Origin: Promethearchaeota archaeon
Lineage (GTDB): Archaea > Asgardarchaeota > Lokiarchaeia > Sigyniarchaeales > SOKP01
NCBI GenBank assembly: GCA_019058365.1
Contig: JAHPZE010000002.1
Location: 32,001 to 96,000 of the forward strand
DNA length: 64,000 nucleotides
Reading direction: 5' to 3'
Shown in pieces: positions 17,510 to 26,985 of the stretch. Both the position numbers and the translations under genes were made by a program. Every line of letters begins with the position of its first letter. Within the stretch, counting starts at the first letter, position 1. The notes beneath the pieces are model-generated. The model made no database searches and was not told where the DNA came from. It worked only from the letters and a program-made list of their open reading frames with translations.

Positions 17510-18349
17510 TTAAGACGAGAGATTTTTAATCCAATTCTCCCATAAATGCACAAATTCCATTATTTTTGGCTTATTTAATGAATAATAAATGTATTTTCCA
17601 TCTTTCCACCCCTTAATGAATCCTGTTTTCTCTAATTTCTTAATATGATGTGAAGAGGTGGATTGAGATTTACCGATAAACATCTGTATCTCATCCAATT
17701 TTAAAGATTGAGATTTTAATATTTCCAATATTAAAAACCTTTCTGGATTTGAGAATGATTTCAACCATTTGACTAAATTGACTTTATTCCCAGAAACGTC
17801 TATTTCAAGCATAGGATCTATGTCTTCATTTGCTTGTTCAAGATAATTTCTTTTTTCTAAGGGACTATCAACCTGGGAGGATAAAATATTTTTATCTGGT
17901 TGAATTAATTGTTTAATTTGTTCAAATTTTTCATTGCCTTTCTTAAGTTTATTTTTCACTTGATGATTATATATTGCGAGTTCTATTGTCGGTAGAAGGT
18001 CATCTTCATTCGTGATAGGTTTTACTATATATCCATAAGGTTCCGATAATTTGGCTCTATCTAAGGTTTTTTTATCTCCATATGCAGTTATAAATATAAT
18101 GGGAATATTATAGTTTGTATTAATAATTTTCGCGGTTTCAATTCCATCCATAGTTCCCGCTAGAATTATATCCATTAATATCAAATCAAGATTTAAATTC
18201 TTGATTTCGGAAATTGCTTCTTCTCCGGAAGAAACTATAGCAATTGGATTATAGTTTAACTTTTTTAAAAGAACCGCTATTGCTTCAGCAGTAATTAATT
18301 CGTCTTCAACGATCATAACTTTTATTTGTGGTATTTTATTATTTCTCAT
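17510..18349 (-). CDS. Response regulator: REC domain fused to an ArsR-type wHTH
   Basis: IVEDE, DLILMDI, DGIE, FITAY, YIVKP; C-terminal SNPERFLIL...SQSTSSHHIKKLEK.G. Confidence 0.9.
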   Translation of the reverse strand: MRNNKIPQIKVMIVEDELITAEAIAVLLKKLNYNPIAIVSSGEEAISEIKNLNLDLILMDIILAGTMDGIETAKIINTNYNIPIIFITAYGDKKTLDRAKLSEPYGYIVKPITNEDDLLPTIELAIYNHQVKNKLKKGNEKFEQIKQLIQPDKNILSSQVDSPLEKRNYLEQANEDIDPMLEIDVSGNKVNLVKWLKSFSNPERFLILEILKSQSLKLDEIQMFIGKSQSTSSHHIKKLEKTGFIKGWKDGKYIYYSLNKPKIMEFVHLWENWIKNLSS

Positions 18350-18363
18350 AATCATTTTTAAAA

Positions 18364-20655
18364 TTACCAGGTAATTATAACATGAGTTCCCTTATTTTTT
18401 TCAATAAAAATCTTTCCATCCATTTGTTTGGTTATAGTGGATATAAGTTTTAACCCCATTGTATCTGAATTGTTATAATCTACATCTTTTGGAAACCCTA
18501 TTCCATTATCATACACATCTAATAATATTCTATTGTATATGGTTTTTTTCAGTGTAACAATAATTTTTCCTTTATCATTTTTAGAAAATGCGTGTTTTAA
18601 TGAGTTAGATACAAGTTCATTTATAATTAAGCCACAAGCAATAGCTTTGTCTAGACTGAAATCAATATCTTCAATATTCAATTGTAGTTTAATATGTTTG
18701 GAATTTGCTAAATAAGCTTTAAATAGATTATTAACAAGGTTTTTTATGTATTTTGAAAGACAAATCTTATTCAAGTTTTCGGAGTTGTATAATGCTTGGT
18801 GTATTAGTGCCATAACTTTAATACGATTTTGGAAATCCTTAAAAATATGGAGAATTCTTTCATCTTTTACATATTGTTCTTGTAGTACTAATAAACTTGA
18901 AATTATTTGTAAATTGTTTTTCACTCTATGATGGATTTCTTTCAGGAGTATTTCTTTTTCTGCTAGGGAAGATTCCAGTAGGGATTCATTCTTTTTCTGC
19001 TCAGATATATCAATTATATTTATATGTATGGCAGAAACTCCTTGAAATTGAATCTTTTGTAAAAATTGTCGAATATATAAATAATTGCCATTTTTATGCT
19101 TCATTCGGATATCGGATTGAAATGAGGATATATCTTCGTTTAAAATTTGATTATATTTTTCAATAGTCGTTTGTAAATCTTCAGGATGAATATGCTGGGT
19201 TATGGTGTTTAGATTCCAAAATAAGAGTTCATTTATTGAAAATCCTAAAATACTAGATATCCCTTTGTTTGCAAAAATTATTCGTCCATCAGCAATGATA
19301 AGTGTACCTAATAAGGATTGCTCTATAAGCATTCGATATTTTTCTTCACTTTCTCTTAATTCTCTTTCAGTAGAATCACGAACAATAACACCTGCAAGAA
19401 CATTGGCTATAGATTGTAAAAAATTGATATCATCTTTTGAAAATATCCGATGTTCTTTTGTATGAGCTCCTAAAATACCAAATGGGGTGTTTGTTCCTTG
19501 AATAATAACACTCATTCCGCTTATAACATCATGATCCGCAAGAAGTTTTGGGGCATAAAATCGAGTTTCCGTCTTTAGGTTTTCTACTATTACTGGAGTA
19601 GTTTTTAGTAATGTAAAACCTGCTTGTGAATTTATATTATTTTCAACAGTTGCATTTCCAACTAATCCTTTATGCCAACCCACTCCTGCCCGTAATTTTA
19701 AAAATTTCTTATCAGGAAGAATTTCAAGTACCTTTGTAAACTCAACATCCAATATTTCTGCAAGTAAAGATGTTGCTTTTTTAAATAAATTATCAATTTT
19801 TTTTTCTGTAATTGTTTCCAAACCAAATTTGGCAATTAAAGCTTGTCTATGGATATGATTTTCAATGAATTGTTGGATTTTTATGCTTTTCGTTAAATCT
19901 TGGGAAACACAGAGAATTCTGACTATTTTATTTTGTTCATCAAAAATCGGTGCTAGATTTGATGAAAGTTGTATATAATTTCCATTCTTTTTTTTAAATT
20001 GATATTCAATATTTTTAACAAATGTGCCTTCCAATACTTTTTTAATTCCGTCGGTAAGAATCATTTTATCATTAGGATGAATTAACTTATAAATGCTTAA
20101 TGAATCAAGGGTTTCTTCTTTATTATATCCTAAAAAATCAGTAAAAGCATTATTAACATCAAGAAAATTTGTGTTTAGATCTAAGGTATAAATCATAAAT
20201 TTAGAAGTTTTAAGCAATGTTTGAAATTTCTCTTCAGGTAAACATTGAGAACAATTAAAATCTTTTTGCTTATTGTAGGAATTTGTATTTTTTATCTCCC
20301 GTTTAATAGTTGGAATTAAGCGATTTAGATTATCTTCATTAATATAATCATTTACTCCAGTTTCTATCAATGAAATCATCGCTTTTTCATCTATTTCTTT
20401 TCCAATAACAATATAGGGAAGTAATATTTTTTTTTCTTTAATGATTCTTAATATTTCTATTCCGTAAAGAGTCCATGCGTCATAGTCGGATAATAAAATA
20501 TCCCACGCTTTTTTAGATAACACTGAATATAAATTGATATGATTTTCGATGAATTCCAATTGCACTTTGAAGTTATATACTTCTAACTTTTGTATTATTG
20601 AAGATGCCACATCTTTAGAATCAGAAATAAATAATATCTCACATTTTTCACTCAA
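18364..20655 (-). CDS. Hybrid sensor kinase (REC-PAS-GAF-PAS-HisKA_2/HATPase)
   Basis: LLKEIHHRVKNNLQIISSLL, NELVSNSLKHAF, DNGIG, GLKLI; PAS (IHP.D) and GAF segments. Confidence 0.93.
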   Translation of the reverse strand: MSEKCEILFISDSKDVASSIIQKLEVYNFKVQLEFIENHINLYSVLSKKAWDILLSDYDAWTLYGIEILRIIKEKKILLPYIVIGKEIDEKAMISLIETGVNDYINEDNLNRLIPTIKREIKNTNSYNKQKDFNCSQCLPEEKFQTLLKTSKFMIYTLDLNTNFLDVNNAFTDFLGYNKEETLDSLSIYKLIHPNDKMILTDGIKKVLEGTFVKNIEYQFKKKNGNYIQLSSNLAPIFDEQNKIVRILCVSQDLTKSIKIQQFIENHIHRQALIAKFGLETITEKKIDNLFKKATSLLAEILDVEFTKVLEILPDKKFLKLRAGVGWHKGLVGNATVENNINSQAGFTLLKTTPVIVENLKTETRFYAPKLLADHDVISGMSVIIQGTNTPFGILGAHTKEHRIFSKDDINFLQSIANVLAGVIVRDSTERELRESEEKYRMLIEQSLLGTLIIADGRIIFANKGISSILGFSINELLFWNLNTITQHIHPEDLQTTIEKYNQILNEDISSFQSDIRMKHKNGNYLYIRQFLQKIQFQGVSAIHINIIDISEQKKNESLLESSLAEKEILLKEIHHRVKNNLQIISSLLVLQEQYVKDERILHIFKDFQNRIKVMALIHQALYNSENLNKICLSKYIKNLVNNLFKAYLANSKHIKLQLNIEDIDFSLDKAIACGLIINELVSNSLKHAFSKNDKGKIIVTLKKTIYNRILLDVYDNGIGFPKDVDYNNSDTMGLKLISTITKQMDGKIFIEKNKGTHVIITW

Positions 20656-21125
20656 ATTTCATACACTACACTAAATTTTCATTTTTTTATTAACTTTAAT
20701 ACTCTATAGAATTCCTTTATTTATAATATTGGAATTTTCATTAAAAAAATATCTGTTTATATTAGCTTCATCCAAGCTTTCATTCTAATTTTCTTAATAA
20801 TATTAACAATATGCTTTAAAATAAATCTTTTGGATACAAATCGAAGTTGGTTAATACTAGTTATCTAAGATAGATAAAGTAAAAAGGAAGACTTAATTAT
20901 TAATTTAACAAAGGATTTTTATGCTAATATAACTTTCAAGGACATTATTCCATTTTTCAATCGTATTCTATCAAATTTATCAGTTTAAAAAATTTATTAA
21001 TATAGTAAAATTTATAAATGAAAAAATGTAAGCAAAACTCATATAAAGAATTTTGATTTTTCATTCAAAATTTTTTATTTCAAAAAAAATAAAATAATAA
21101 AAATAGGAAAATAGGAGAAAAAAAA

Positions 21126-21611
21126 ATGGTAAAACTAACAAATGAAATGAAGGAAGGTTTACGTGTTCCCGGAAAAGGGGGCAGTTTGATTTATTTAGCA
21201 ACATCATCCATAGATGGAAAACCAAATATAGCCGCAATGCGCTACGTAGATTCATATAAAGATGATAAAATTCTAGTTTCAGATATGTTTTTACTAAAAA
21301 CTAAAGCGAATCTTAAAGAGAATCCTGAATGCATTATAACAATATGCCATCCAATGGATTCTGGAAGAGACTGGGTATTTAAAGGTAAGGCAATTGATAT
21401 TGAATACGGTTTTCCTCCAGATTTCGATTGGTATGGTGCTAAAGCTAAAGATATCTTAGATGGTTGGGGTGATTGGCATCATAAAGAACCTCCAGATGAG
21501 GTTCCTCCAGATGTTGTATATTCAAAACCAGCACAACGTGGTGTTGTTGTACTACATGTAGAGGAAATATATTCTATTGAAAAAGGAAAAGTAGGTGAAA
21601 AAATACAATAG
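21126..21611 (+). CDS. Pyridoxamine 5'-phosphate oxidase-like FMN-binding protein
   Basis: YLATSSIDGKPN, D.F..KT.ANLKENP, KGKA, V.EIYS. Confidence 0.82.
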   Translation: MVKLTNEMKEGLRVPGKGGSLIYLATSSIDGKPNIAAMRYVDSYKDDKILVSDMFLLKTKANLKENPECIITICHPMDSGRDWVFKGKAIDIEYGFPPDFDWYGAKAKDILDGWGDWHHKEPPDEVPPDVVYSKPAQRGVVVLHVEEIYSIEKGKVGEKIQ

Positions 21612-21623
21612 GAGGGAAGAAAA

Positions 21624-22040
21624 ATGGTAGTAAAACTAACTGATAGAATGAAAGCTTGGATTAAAATTGGTTGTCATTTGAATGTGGCAACAAAAAAGGG
21701 GATCCCATTTGTCACGGTTTCAAGAAATGTGAAATCTGTTTCTGATGATGAGGTAGTATTTGCTTTATCTCAGGATGAATATTCTGTTATTAAATCAGCT
21801 TTATCTGAAAATCCCTGGGTCGCATTTGGAGTATCTCGAGCAGGAGGTATTCGTGCTTGTTATCAATTCAAAGGTAAAGGAACAGTTGACAAAAAAGGAG
21901 ATATCTATAATTTAAAAGTAAAAATATCTGAATTGTATTGTACCAAACCAGGATGTTATGCTGGACAAAGACTTGATACTAAACCCGCTAAAGAATGTGA
22001 AGAATGGGAACATGGTCTCTGGACCGATTTACCAAAATAA
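21624..22040 (+). CDS. PNPOx-like split-barrel paralog
   Basis: VATKKGIP, L.ENP.VA, YQFKGKG, YCTKPG.YAG.R. Confidence 0.72.
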   Translation: MVVKLTDRMKAWIKIGCHLNVATKKGIPFVTVSRNVKSVSDDEVVFALSQDEYSVIKSALSENPWVAFGVSRAGGIRACYQFKGKGTVDKKGDIYNLKVKISELYCTKPGCYAGQRLDTKPAKECEEWEHGLWTDLPK

Positions 22041-22137
22041 TAAACTTATTACTTAAATATAATTTTTTTTTGAAAATAAATTAGGATTGAAATTGAAATT
22101 TTATTGGATTATATAATTAAAGGATAATACAAATAAG

Positions 22138-22455
22138 ATGACTGATATTGAAACTGAAGAAGGAAAAGAAATTAAAGAAAAAGTGAAGAAGAAACCAAAA
22201 AAACCTCCAAAACAAATGCCGTGGTTTATGCCCTTTATGTGTGATGGGTGTGGTGATTGCGTTGATGCTTGTCCACAAGGCGGTATTGCATTATTAGGTC
22301 TCAATAGAAAGGTTCCATCTGCTTGGTTAATTGCTCCAGATTATTGTATTGGATGTGCAAAGTGTGCAGAAGCTTGTCAAAGCTCAGCTGTTCAAATGAC
22401 GGCATATGTGGAACGAGCTATTGAAAGATATAAGACAAAAAAACCTTTCCAATAA
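22138..22455 (+). CDS. 2[4Fe-4S] ferredoxin-domain protein
   Basis: CDGCGDCVDACP and CIGCAKCAEAC. Confidence 0.88.
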   Translation: MTDIETEEGKEIKEKVKKKPKKPPKQMPWFMPFMCDGCGDCVDACPQGGIALLGLNRKVPSAWLIAPDYCIGCAKCAEACQSSAVQMTAYVERAIERYKTKKPFQ

Positions 22456-22507
22456 AGTTTTGTAAAATAAATAAATTTTGAACTGAAAATAAAAGAGGAA
22501 ATGAAAA

Positions 22508-23572
22508 ATGGTATTTGATTTAAGAAGATGTGATTTTTCAAAATGCAAGGGAGAATGCCTTGCAAGATGTTTATTCGTAGATTACGATGAAAAACAAGCT
22601 AAAGCAGATATGGCCAAATTAATTCATCAGCAACCCGCGGATATACTTGCTAAATGTGTAACATGTTATGCGTGTAATGAATTTTGTCCGCGAGGAGCCA
22701 ATCCATGGGATTTGATTAACCAAATGCAAGAAAAAACAGGACTATACATATATCCGGAAGAGGCTAAAAAAACAGCATTAGGGTGGGCAAAAAAAGAGGA
22801 TAAGATTATTAAAGGAGATCCTGGTAAACCAGCAGTGTCCATAGGAGGTTTTGCTGATGCTCTTCCATATGATAAAGTATTTAAAGGCAAATTATTTGAG
22901 GGTTTATCTTTAATAATGGGAGGATCATACGCGTGTAGAGCACCCGAAACTCATATGTGTGATGCGAATTCTTGTTTAGATAATCTACCTTCAATGATTA
23001 AAAATCTTACAGACACAGGTTATAAAGAGATAATTTTCTACCATGATGCTTGCTATGGGTTTGTAACCTCAGAAGCATTAGCAATGATGATTGAAGTTCC
23101 TTTTAAACCTATACACATTATGGAATATATTAGAAATTGGCTCCGTGATCACAAGGATCTTATTACACCATTGAATATGAAAATTGCTTATCAACGACCA
23201 TGTACATCACGATATAACCCCCATGGAGAACTTAAAGAAAATTTTTATGATTGGGTAGAACAAACTTTTGAATTACTGGGTTGCGAGCTTTTAGACCGAA
23301 AATATCAAAAGGAGAACTCTATGTGTTGTAGTTCTGGTATTTTTCCAACCCAGAAAAATCGAGCTATGGGTTACGTTAAAAAAAACCTTCAGGATGCTAA
23401 GGATGCTGGAGCTGAAGCTTACATTACATTTTGTCCAATTTGTACTGCAGTAATGCGGCAAACAGCTAAAAGTATGGAAATGGAACCATATTATATTATT
23501 ATGCTAGTGCAAAAAGCTCTTGGAGAAGATTTACCTATAGGTGGCGCTGGAATAGGTGTACCTGTTCATTAA
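22508..23572 (+). CDS. HdrD/GlpC-like Fe-S oxidoreductase (CCG domain)
   Basis: CVTCYACNEFCP, YQRPC..R, CCSSG, CPIC. Confidence 0.82.
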   Translation: MVFDLRRCDFSKCKGECLARCLFVDYDEKQAKADMAKLIHQQPADILAKCVTCYACNEFCPRGANPWDLINQMQEKTGLYIYPEEAKKTALGWAKKEDKIIKGDPGKPAVSIGGFADALPYDKVFKGKLFEGLSLIMGGSYACRAPETHMCDANSCLDNLPSMIKNLTDTGYKEIIFYHDACYGFVTSEALAMMIEVPFKPIHIMEYIRNWLRDHKDLITPLNMKIAYQRPCTSRYNPHGELKENFYDWVEQTFELLGCELLDRKYQKENSMCCSSGIFPTQKNRAMGYVKKNLQDAKDAGAEAYITFCPICTAVMRQTAKSMEMEPYYIIMLVQKALGEDLPIGGAGIGVPVH

Positions 23573-23611
23573 TATTTTTCTAAATTTTTTTTTTTTTAAA
23601 AACATAGGTGA

Positions 23612-24367
23612 ATGATGTTGAGAGTTTTGATTAGTGTTCGTTCATTAGAAGAAGTATTACCTGCAACAAGGGGTGGTGCAGATATTATTGATCTTAAAAA
23701 TCCTAATGAAGGTTCATTAGGAGCTGCTTTTCCCTGGATTATAGATGAATTAAGAAATTTTGATACGAATATGAGATTAAGTGTAGCAATAGGAGATATG
23801 CCAAATTTGCCAGGAACAGCGTCTCTCTCAGCATTAGGAGCTGCTTATTCTGGAGCTAATATAATAAAAGTTGGACTTCTTGGCCCTAAAACTGTAGAGG
23901 AGGGAATATTTTTATTAAAAAAAGTCGTACAAGCAGTAAAAGATTATGATCAAAACATTTTAGTTGTGGGAGCAGGTTATGCAGATTTTAAAACTTTTAA
24001 TGGAATTGATTCATTGAAAATTCCTGAAATATGTAGGTCAGCTGGAGCAGATGTAGCAATGTTAGATACTTTCTCAAAGGATGGGAAGAAATTGTTTGAT
24101 TTCTTAGATTTAAAAAAGTTAAAACTGTTTGTGGATAAAGCTCATAAACTTAATTTATTTGCAGCTCTAGCGGGATCACTCGAATCAAAAGATATTAAAA
24201 CTATCAATAGTCTAGGAACAGATATTATTGGATTCAGAGGTGCTGCTTGCAGTGGATCCGATAGGAAAAATGGAGTTGTAGAAATTAATAGGGTAAGGAA
24301 AATTGTAGAAATCTCACAAAATCTAAATAATAATGGTAGAATTTTAAGCTCTACAACAATAATATAA
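23612..24367 (+). CDS. mfnB: (5-formylfuran-3-yl)methyl phosphate synthase (4-HFC-P synthase)
   Basis: LISV....E......GADIIDLKNPNEGSLGA.FPW, S.AIGD, KVGL, MLDT..KDG, LAGSL, G.RGAAC. Confidence 0.92.
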   Translation: MMLRVLISVRSLEEVLPATRGGADIIDLKNPNEGSLGAAFPWIIDELRNFDTNMRLSVAIGDMPNLPGTASLSALGAAYSGANIIKVGLLGPKTVEEGIFLLKKVVQAVKDYDQNILVVGAGYADFKTFNGIDSLKIPEICRSAGADVAMLDTFSKDGKKLFDFLDLKKLKLFVDKAHKLNLFAALAGSLESKDIKTINSLGTDIIGFRGAACSGSDRKNGVVEINRVRKIVEISQNLNNNGRILSSTTII

Positions 24368-24438
24368 TTTTTTTTTAAAGAAAATATATTTTATTACAAA
24401 AATTTAATTCAAAATTGATAAAAGTTAGGTTAAAAATT

Positions 24439-24693
24439 ATGAATAATATTAAAATTAAGCATTTTCCTGAAAAATGTTATGCTTGTAAAACTTGTGAATT
24501 AATATGTTCTTATCATCATACGAAAACTTTTCAACCATCAATTTCAAGTATTTCTGTTGAGAGAGACCATATTAACGGGATTTGGCACTGGACTTTGAAA
24601 GATACATGTGATAAATGCCAAGATGAAGAACAGCCTTTATGTGTAAAATTTTGTTTCTATGACGCAATTACTATTGAGGAGGGTGTAGATTAA
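24439..24693 (+). CDS. Small 4Fe-4S protein (AOR partner)
   Basis: CYACKTCELICS.HH, CDKC......PLCVKFC. Confidence 0.85.
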   Translation: MNNIKIKHFPEKCYACKTCELICSYHHTKTFQPSISSISVERDHINGIWHWTLKDTCDKCQDEEQPLCVKFCFYDAITIEEGVD

Positions 24694-24694
24694 G

Positions 24695-26614
24695 GTGAGT
24701 AGATATAATATTAAGGGTGGTATCACTGGAAAAATACTTAGAGTGAATTTAAGTGACGAGAATGTAAGAGTAGAAGATAATAAATACGCAGAGAGATGGA
24801 TTGGAGGGAGAGCTCTAAGTAGTTGGATTCTCCTAAATGAATTAGAACCTAATACAAAATGGTCTGATCCAGAAAATTATCTTATCCTTGGTGCAGGTGC
24901 CCTAGTAGGAACGATTGCACCCGCAGCATGTCGAATGAATATTGATACTTTAAATGTCTTCAATAATGGTAAAGGATCATCTAATTTTGGGGGTCATTTC
25001 AGCCCTGAAATGAAATTTGCTGGTTTTGATCAGATTGTTATCAGTGGAAAAGCTGATAAACCAATATACCTCTTTGTAAACGATGGAAAAGCAGAAATAC
25101 GTGATGCTAATCATTTATGGGGTAAAACTACATATGAGACAGAAAAAACACTTAAAAATGAGCTAAATGACAATAAAATTGAAGTTGGGTCAATAGGACC
25201 AGCTGGAGAAAATTTAGTTCATGGTTCTTCTATCATAGTAGATTGTGGCCGAACAGCTGGAGGGTCTGGTGTTGGTTGTATAATGGGTGATAAAAAAATA
25301 AAATCAATTGTAATCCGCGGCAATAAGGAAGTTAGGGTTGCTTACCCCGAGAAATTTGTTGAAAGAGTATATGAAGCATTTCAAAAAATTATGAAACGCC
25401 CTACAGCTAAATTATTTAGAAAAAAAACACTTGGAGGACTAGTATATAACGATTCTGAACAATTCGATGAACTCTGGGAGATGATGCATACTGTAAGAAA
25501 TGCTCAAGATGTACATTGGTCCCGTGAAAAAAGAACAAAAATGATGGGAAAGAATGGCGTTGGTAAGTTTTTCAAGAAAATTCAGGCGTGCTATATCTGT
25601 CCAGTGGGGTGCCAGCCATATTCAGAAATTGAGGAAGGTAAATTCAAAGGTGCTAAGGGTTTAGGATATTGGATAAACTCTGTAATGTGGTCAGGTAAAA
25701 TGGATATTACTGATCCAGATGCATCATTAAAATATCATCTTCGTGCCAATCAGTTAGGTTTGGATGGAGATAACTCTTCCGTCGTGATGGCATGGGCATT
25801 TGAGGCATATGAGAAAGGATTATTAACGAAGGACGATACTGACGGTCTAGAACTAACATGGGGAAATGTAGATGCTATGATGGAATTACAAGAAAAAATT
25901 GCGTACCGTAAAGGATTTGGAGATTATCTCGCAAATGGCGTTATTGAGGCAGCAAAAAAACTAGGAAAAGGTTCAGAAAAATTTGCTATTCACCAAAAAA
26001 ATCAAGACACTCTTGATCCTTATCGAATTGCAAAAGGTTGGTCTCTAGCATGCGCAACATCACCCGTGGCAGGGCGTCATATGAGAGGTAGTATTAATAT
26101 ACCGATTGCATTTGGTCCTAAAGGAGCTAAATTTAATCCATATTCTTATGAAGACCAGCCTCCAATAGTATTCTGGGAATTGCGTTCAAAAGAAATAGAG
26201 GATATAATTGGAATTTGTGTATATGTTGGTACTTGGTCAGGAGTATATGCACTTGAACCCTCTGATTATGTTAGCTTAACTAATTTAGCACTTGGAACTA
26301 ATTTAAATGAAGAAGAATTTATGTTGCTTGGACAGAAATCATATAACTTAGAAAAAGCTTTTAATACATTACATGTGGGATTTACCCGTAAGGAAGATTT
26401 ACCGCATCGAAGATTTTTTGAAGACCCAATTCAATCTGGACCCCATAAAGGTGAGAAATTAGATATCAATAAGTATAATTCAATGCTGGATAAATTTTAT
26501 GAACTTCATGGTTGGGACAAAAAAACTGGATGGCAAACCCGTGAAACTTTAGAAACTTTAGGATTAAAGGATGTAGCTGAAAAATTAGCTAAAGCAGGAC
26601 GTTTAATTGAATAA
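24695..26614 (+). CDS. Aldehyde:ferredoxin oxidoreductase (W-pterin) family
   Basis: GKILRVNLS, SIGPAGENLV, G.G.IMG.K..K, CYICPVGC, GLD, LP.RFF, FY..HGWD..TG. Confidence 0.93.
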   Translation: MSRYNIKGGITGKILRVNLSDENVRVEDNKYAERWIGGRALSSWILLNELEPNTKWSDPENYLILGAGALVGTIAPAACRMNIDTLNVFNNGKGSSNFGGHFSPEMKFAGFDQIVISGKADKPIYLFVNDGKAEIRDANHLWGKTTYETEKTLKNELNDNKIEVGSIGPAGENLVHGSSIIVDCGRTAGGSGVGCIMGDKKIKSIVIRGNKEVRVAYPEKFVERVYEAFQKIMKRPTAKLFRKKTLGGLVYNDSEQFDELWEMMHTVRNAQDVHWSREKRTKMMGKNGVGKFFKKIQACYICPVGCQPYSEIEEGKFKGAKGLGYWINSVMWSGKMDITDPDASLKYHLRANQLGLDGDNSSVVMAWAFEAYEKGLLTKDDTDGLELTWGNVDAMMELQEKIAYRKGFGDYLANGVIEAAKKLGKGSEKFAIHQKNQDTLDPYRIAKGWSLACATSPVAGRHMRGSINIPIAFGPKGAKFNPYSYEDQPPIVFWELRSKEIEDIIGICVYVGTWSGVYALEPSDYVSLTNLALGTNLNEEEFMLLGQKSYNLEKAFNTLHVGFTRKEDLPHRRFFEDPIQSGPHKGEKLDINKYNSMLDKFYELHGWDKKTGWQTRETLETLGLKDVAEKLAKAGRLIE

Positions 26615-26726
26615 TAAATATAATAATGAGATTATATATCTACTTCAATTATTCTCTTTATTATAATCGAATAAATCATTACAAATAAAAATTAAAATAA
26701 AAAAAATAATATTTCTCTTAGATGAA

Positions 26727-26926
26727 TTACTCCTTTTTAAATAGATTTCCACATCCCCCACACTTTACATTTTTTGCATAAACCGGAGTACCCTGCTTTA
26801 GCAGTATGCTGAAAGAGCAATACTTATACTGTAGTAAAGTACATTACTTTTATCCGGTTCTTCATGAAGCATGCGTGGATTATCATTTCCACATTTAGGA
26901 CATTTTACTCTTTTATAATCAGCCAT
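26727..26926 (-). CDS. Small zinc-ribbon protein (56 aa) split by one BHB intron; exons 26926-26826 and 26796-26727
   Basis: Spliced product MADYKRVKCPKCGNDNPRMLHEEPDKSNVLYYSMQGTPVYAKNVKCGGCGNLFKKE joins two CxxC halves that lie in different frames. Absent from the ORF track. Confidence 0.82.
26797..26825 (-). other. mRNA intron (29 nt, relaxed BHB) in the zinc-ribbon gene
   Basis: Central helix CAGU/GCUA (3 of 4 pairs), cuts AU|A and AA|G, intron hairpin AGUA(U)UGCU-cuuuc-AGCAUACU; the unspliced frame stops at UAA inside it. Confidence 0.8.
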
Positions 26927-26985
26927 ATTAGCCTAACTCTGTTATTAATTATTTTACATAATTAGTAGATTATAATAATATAAAT

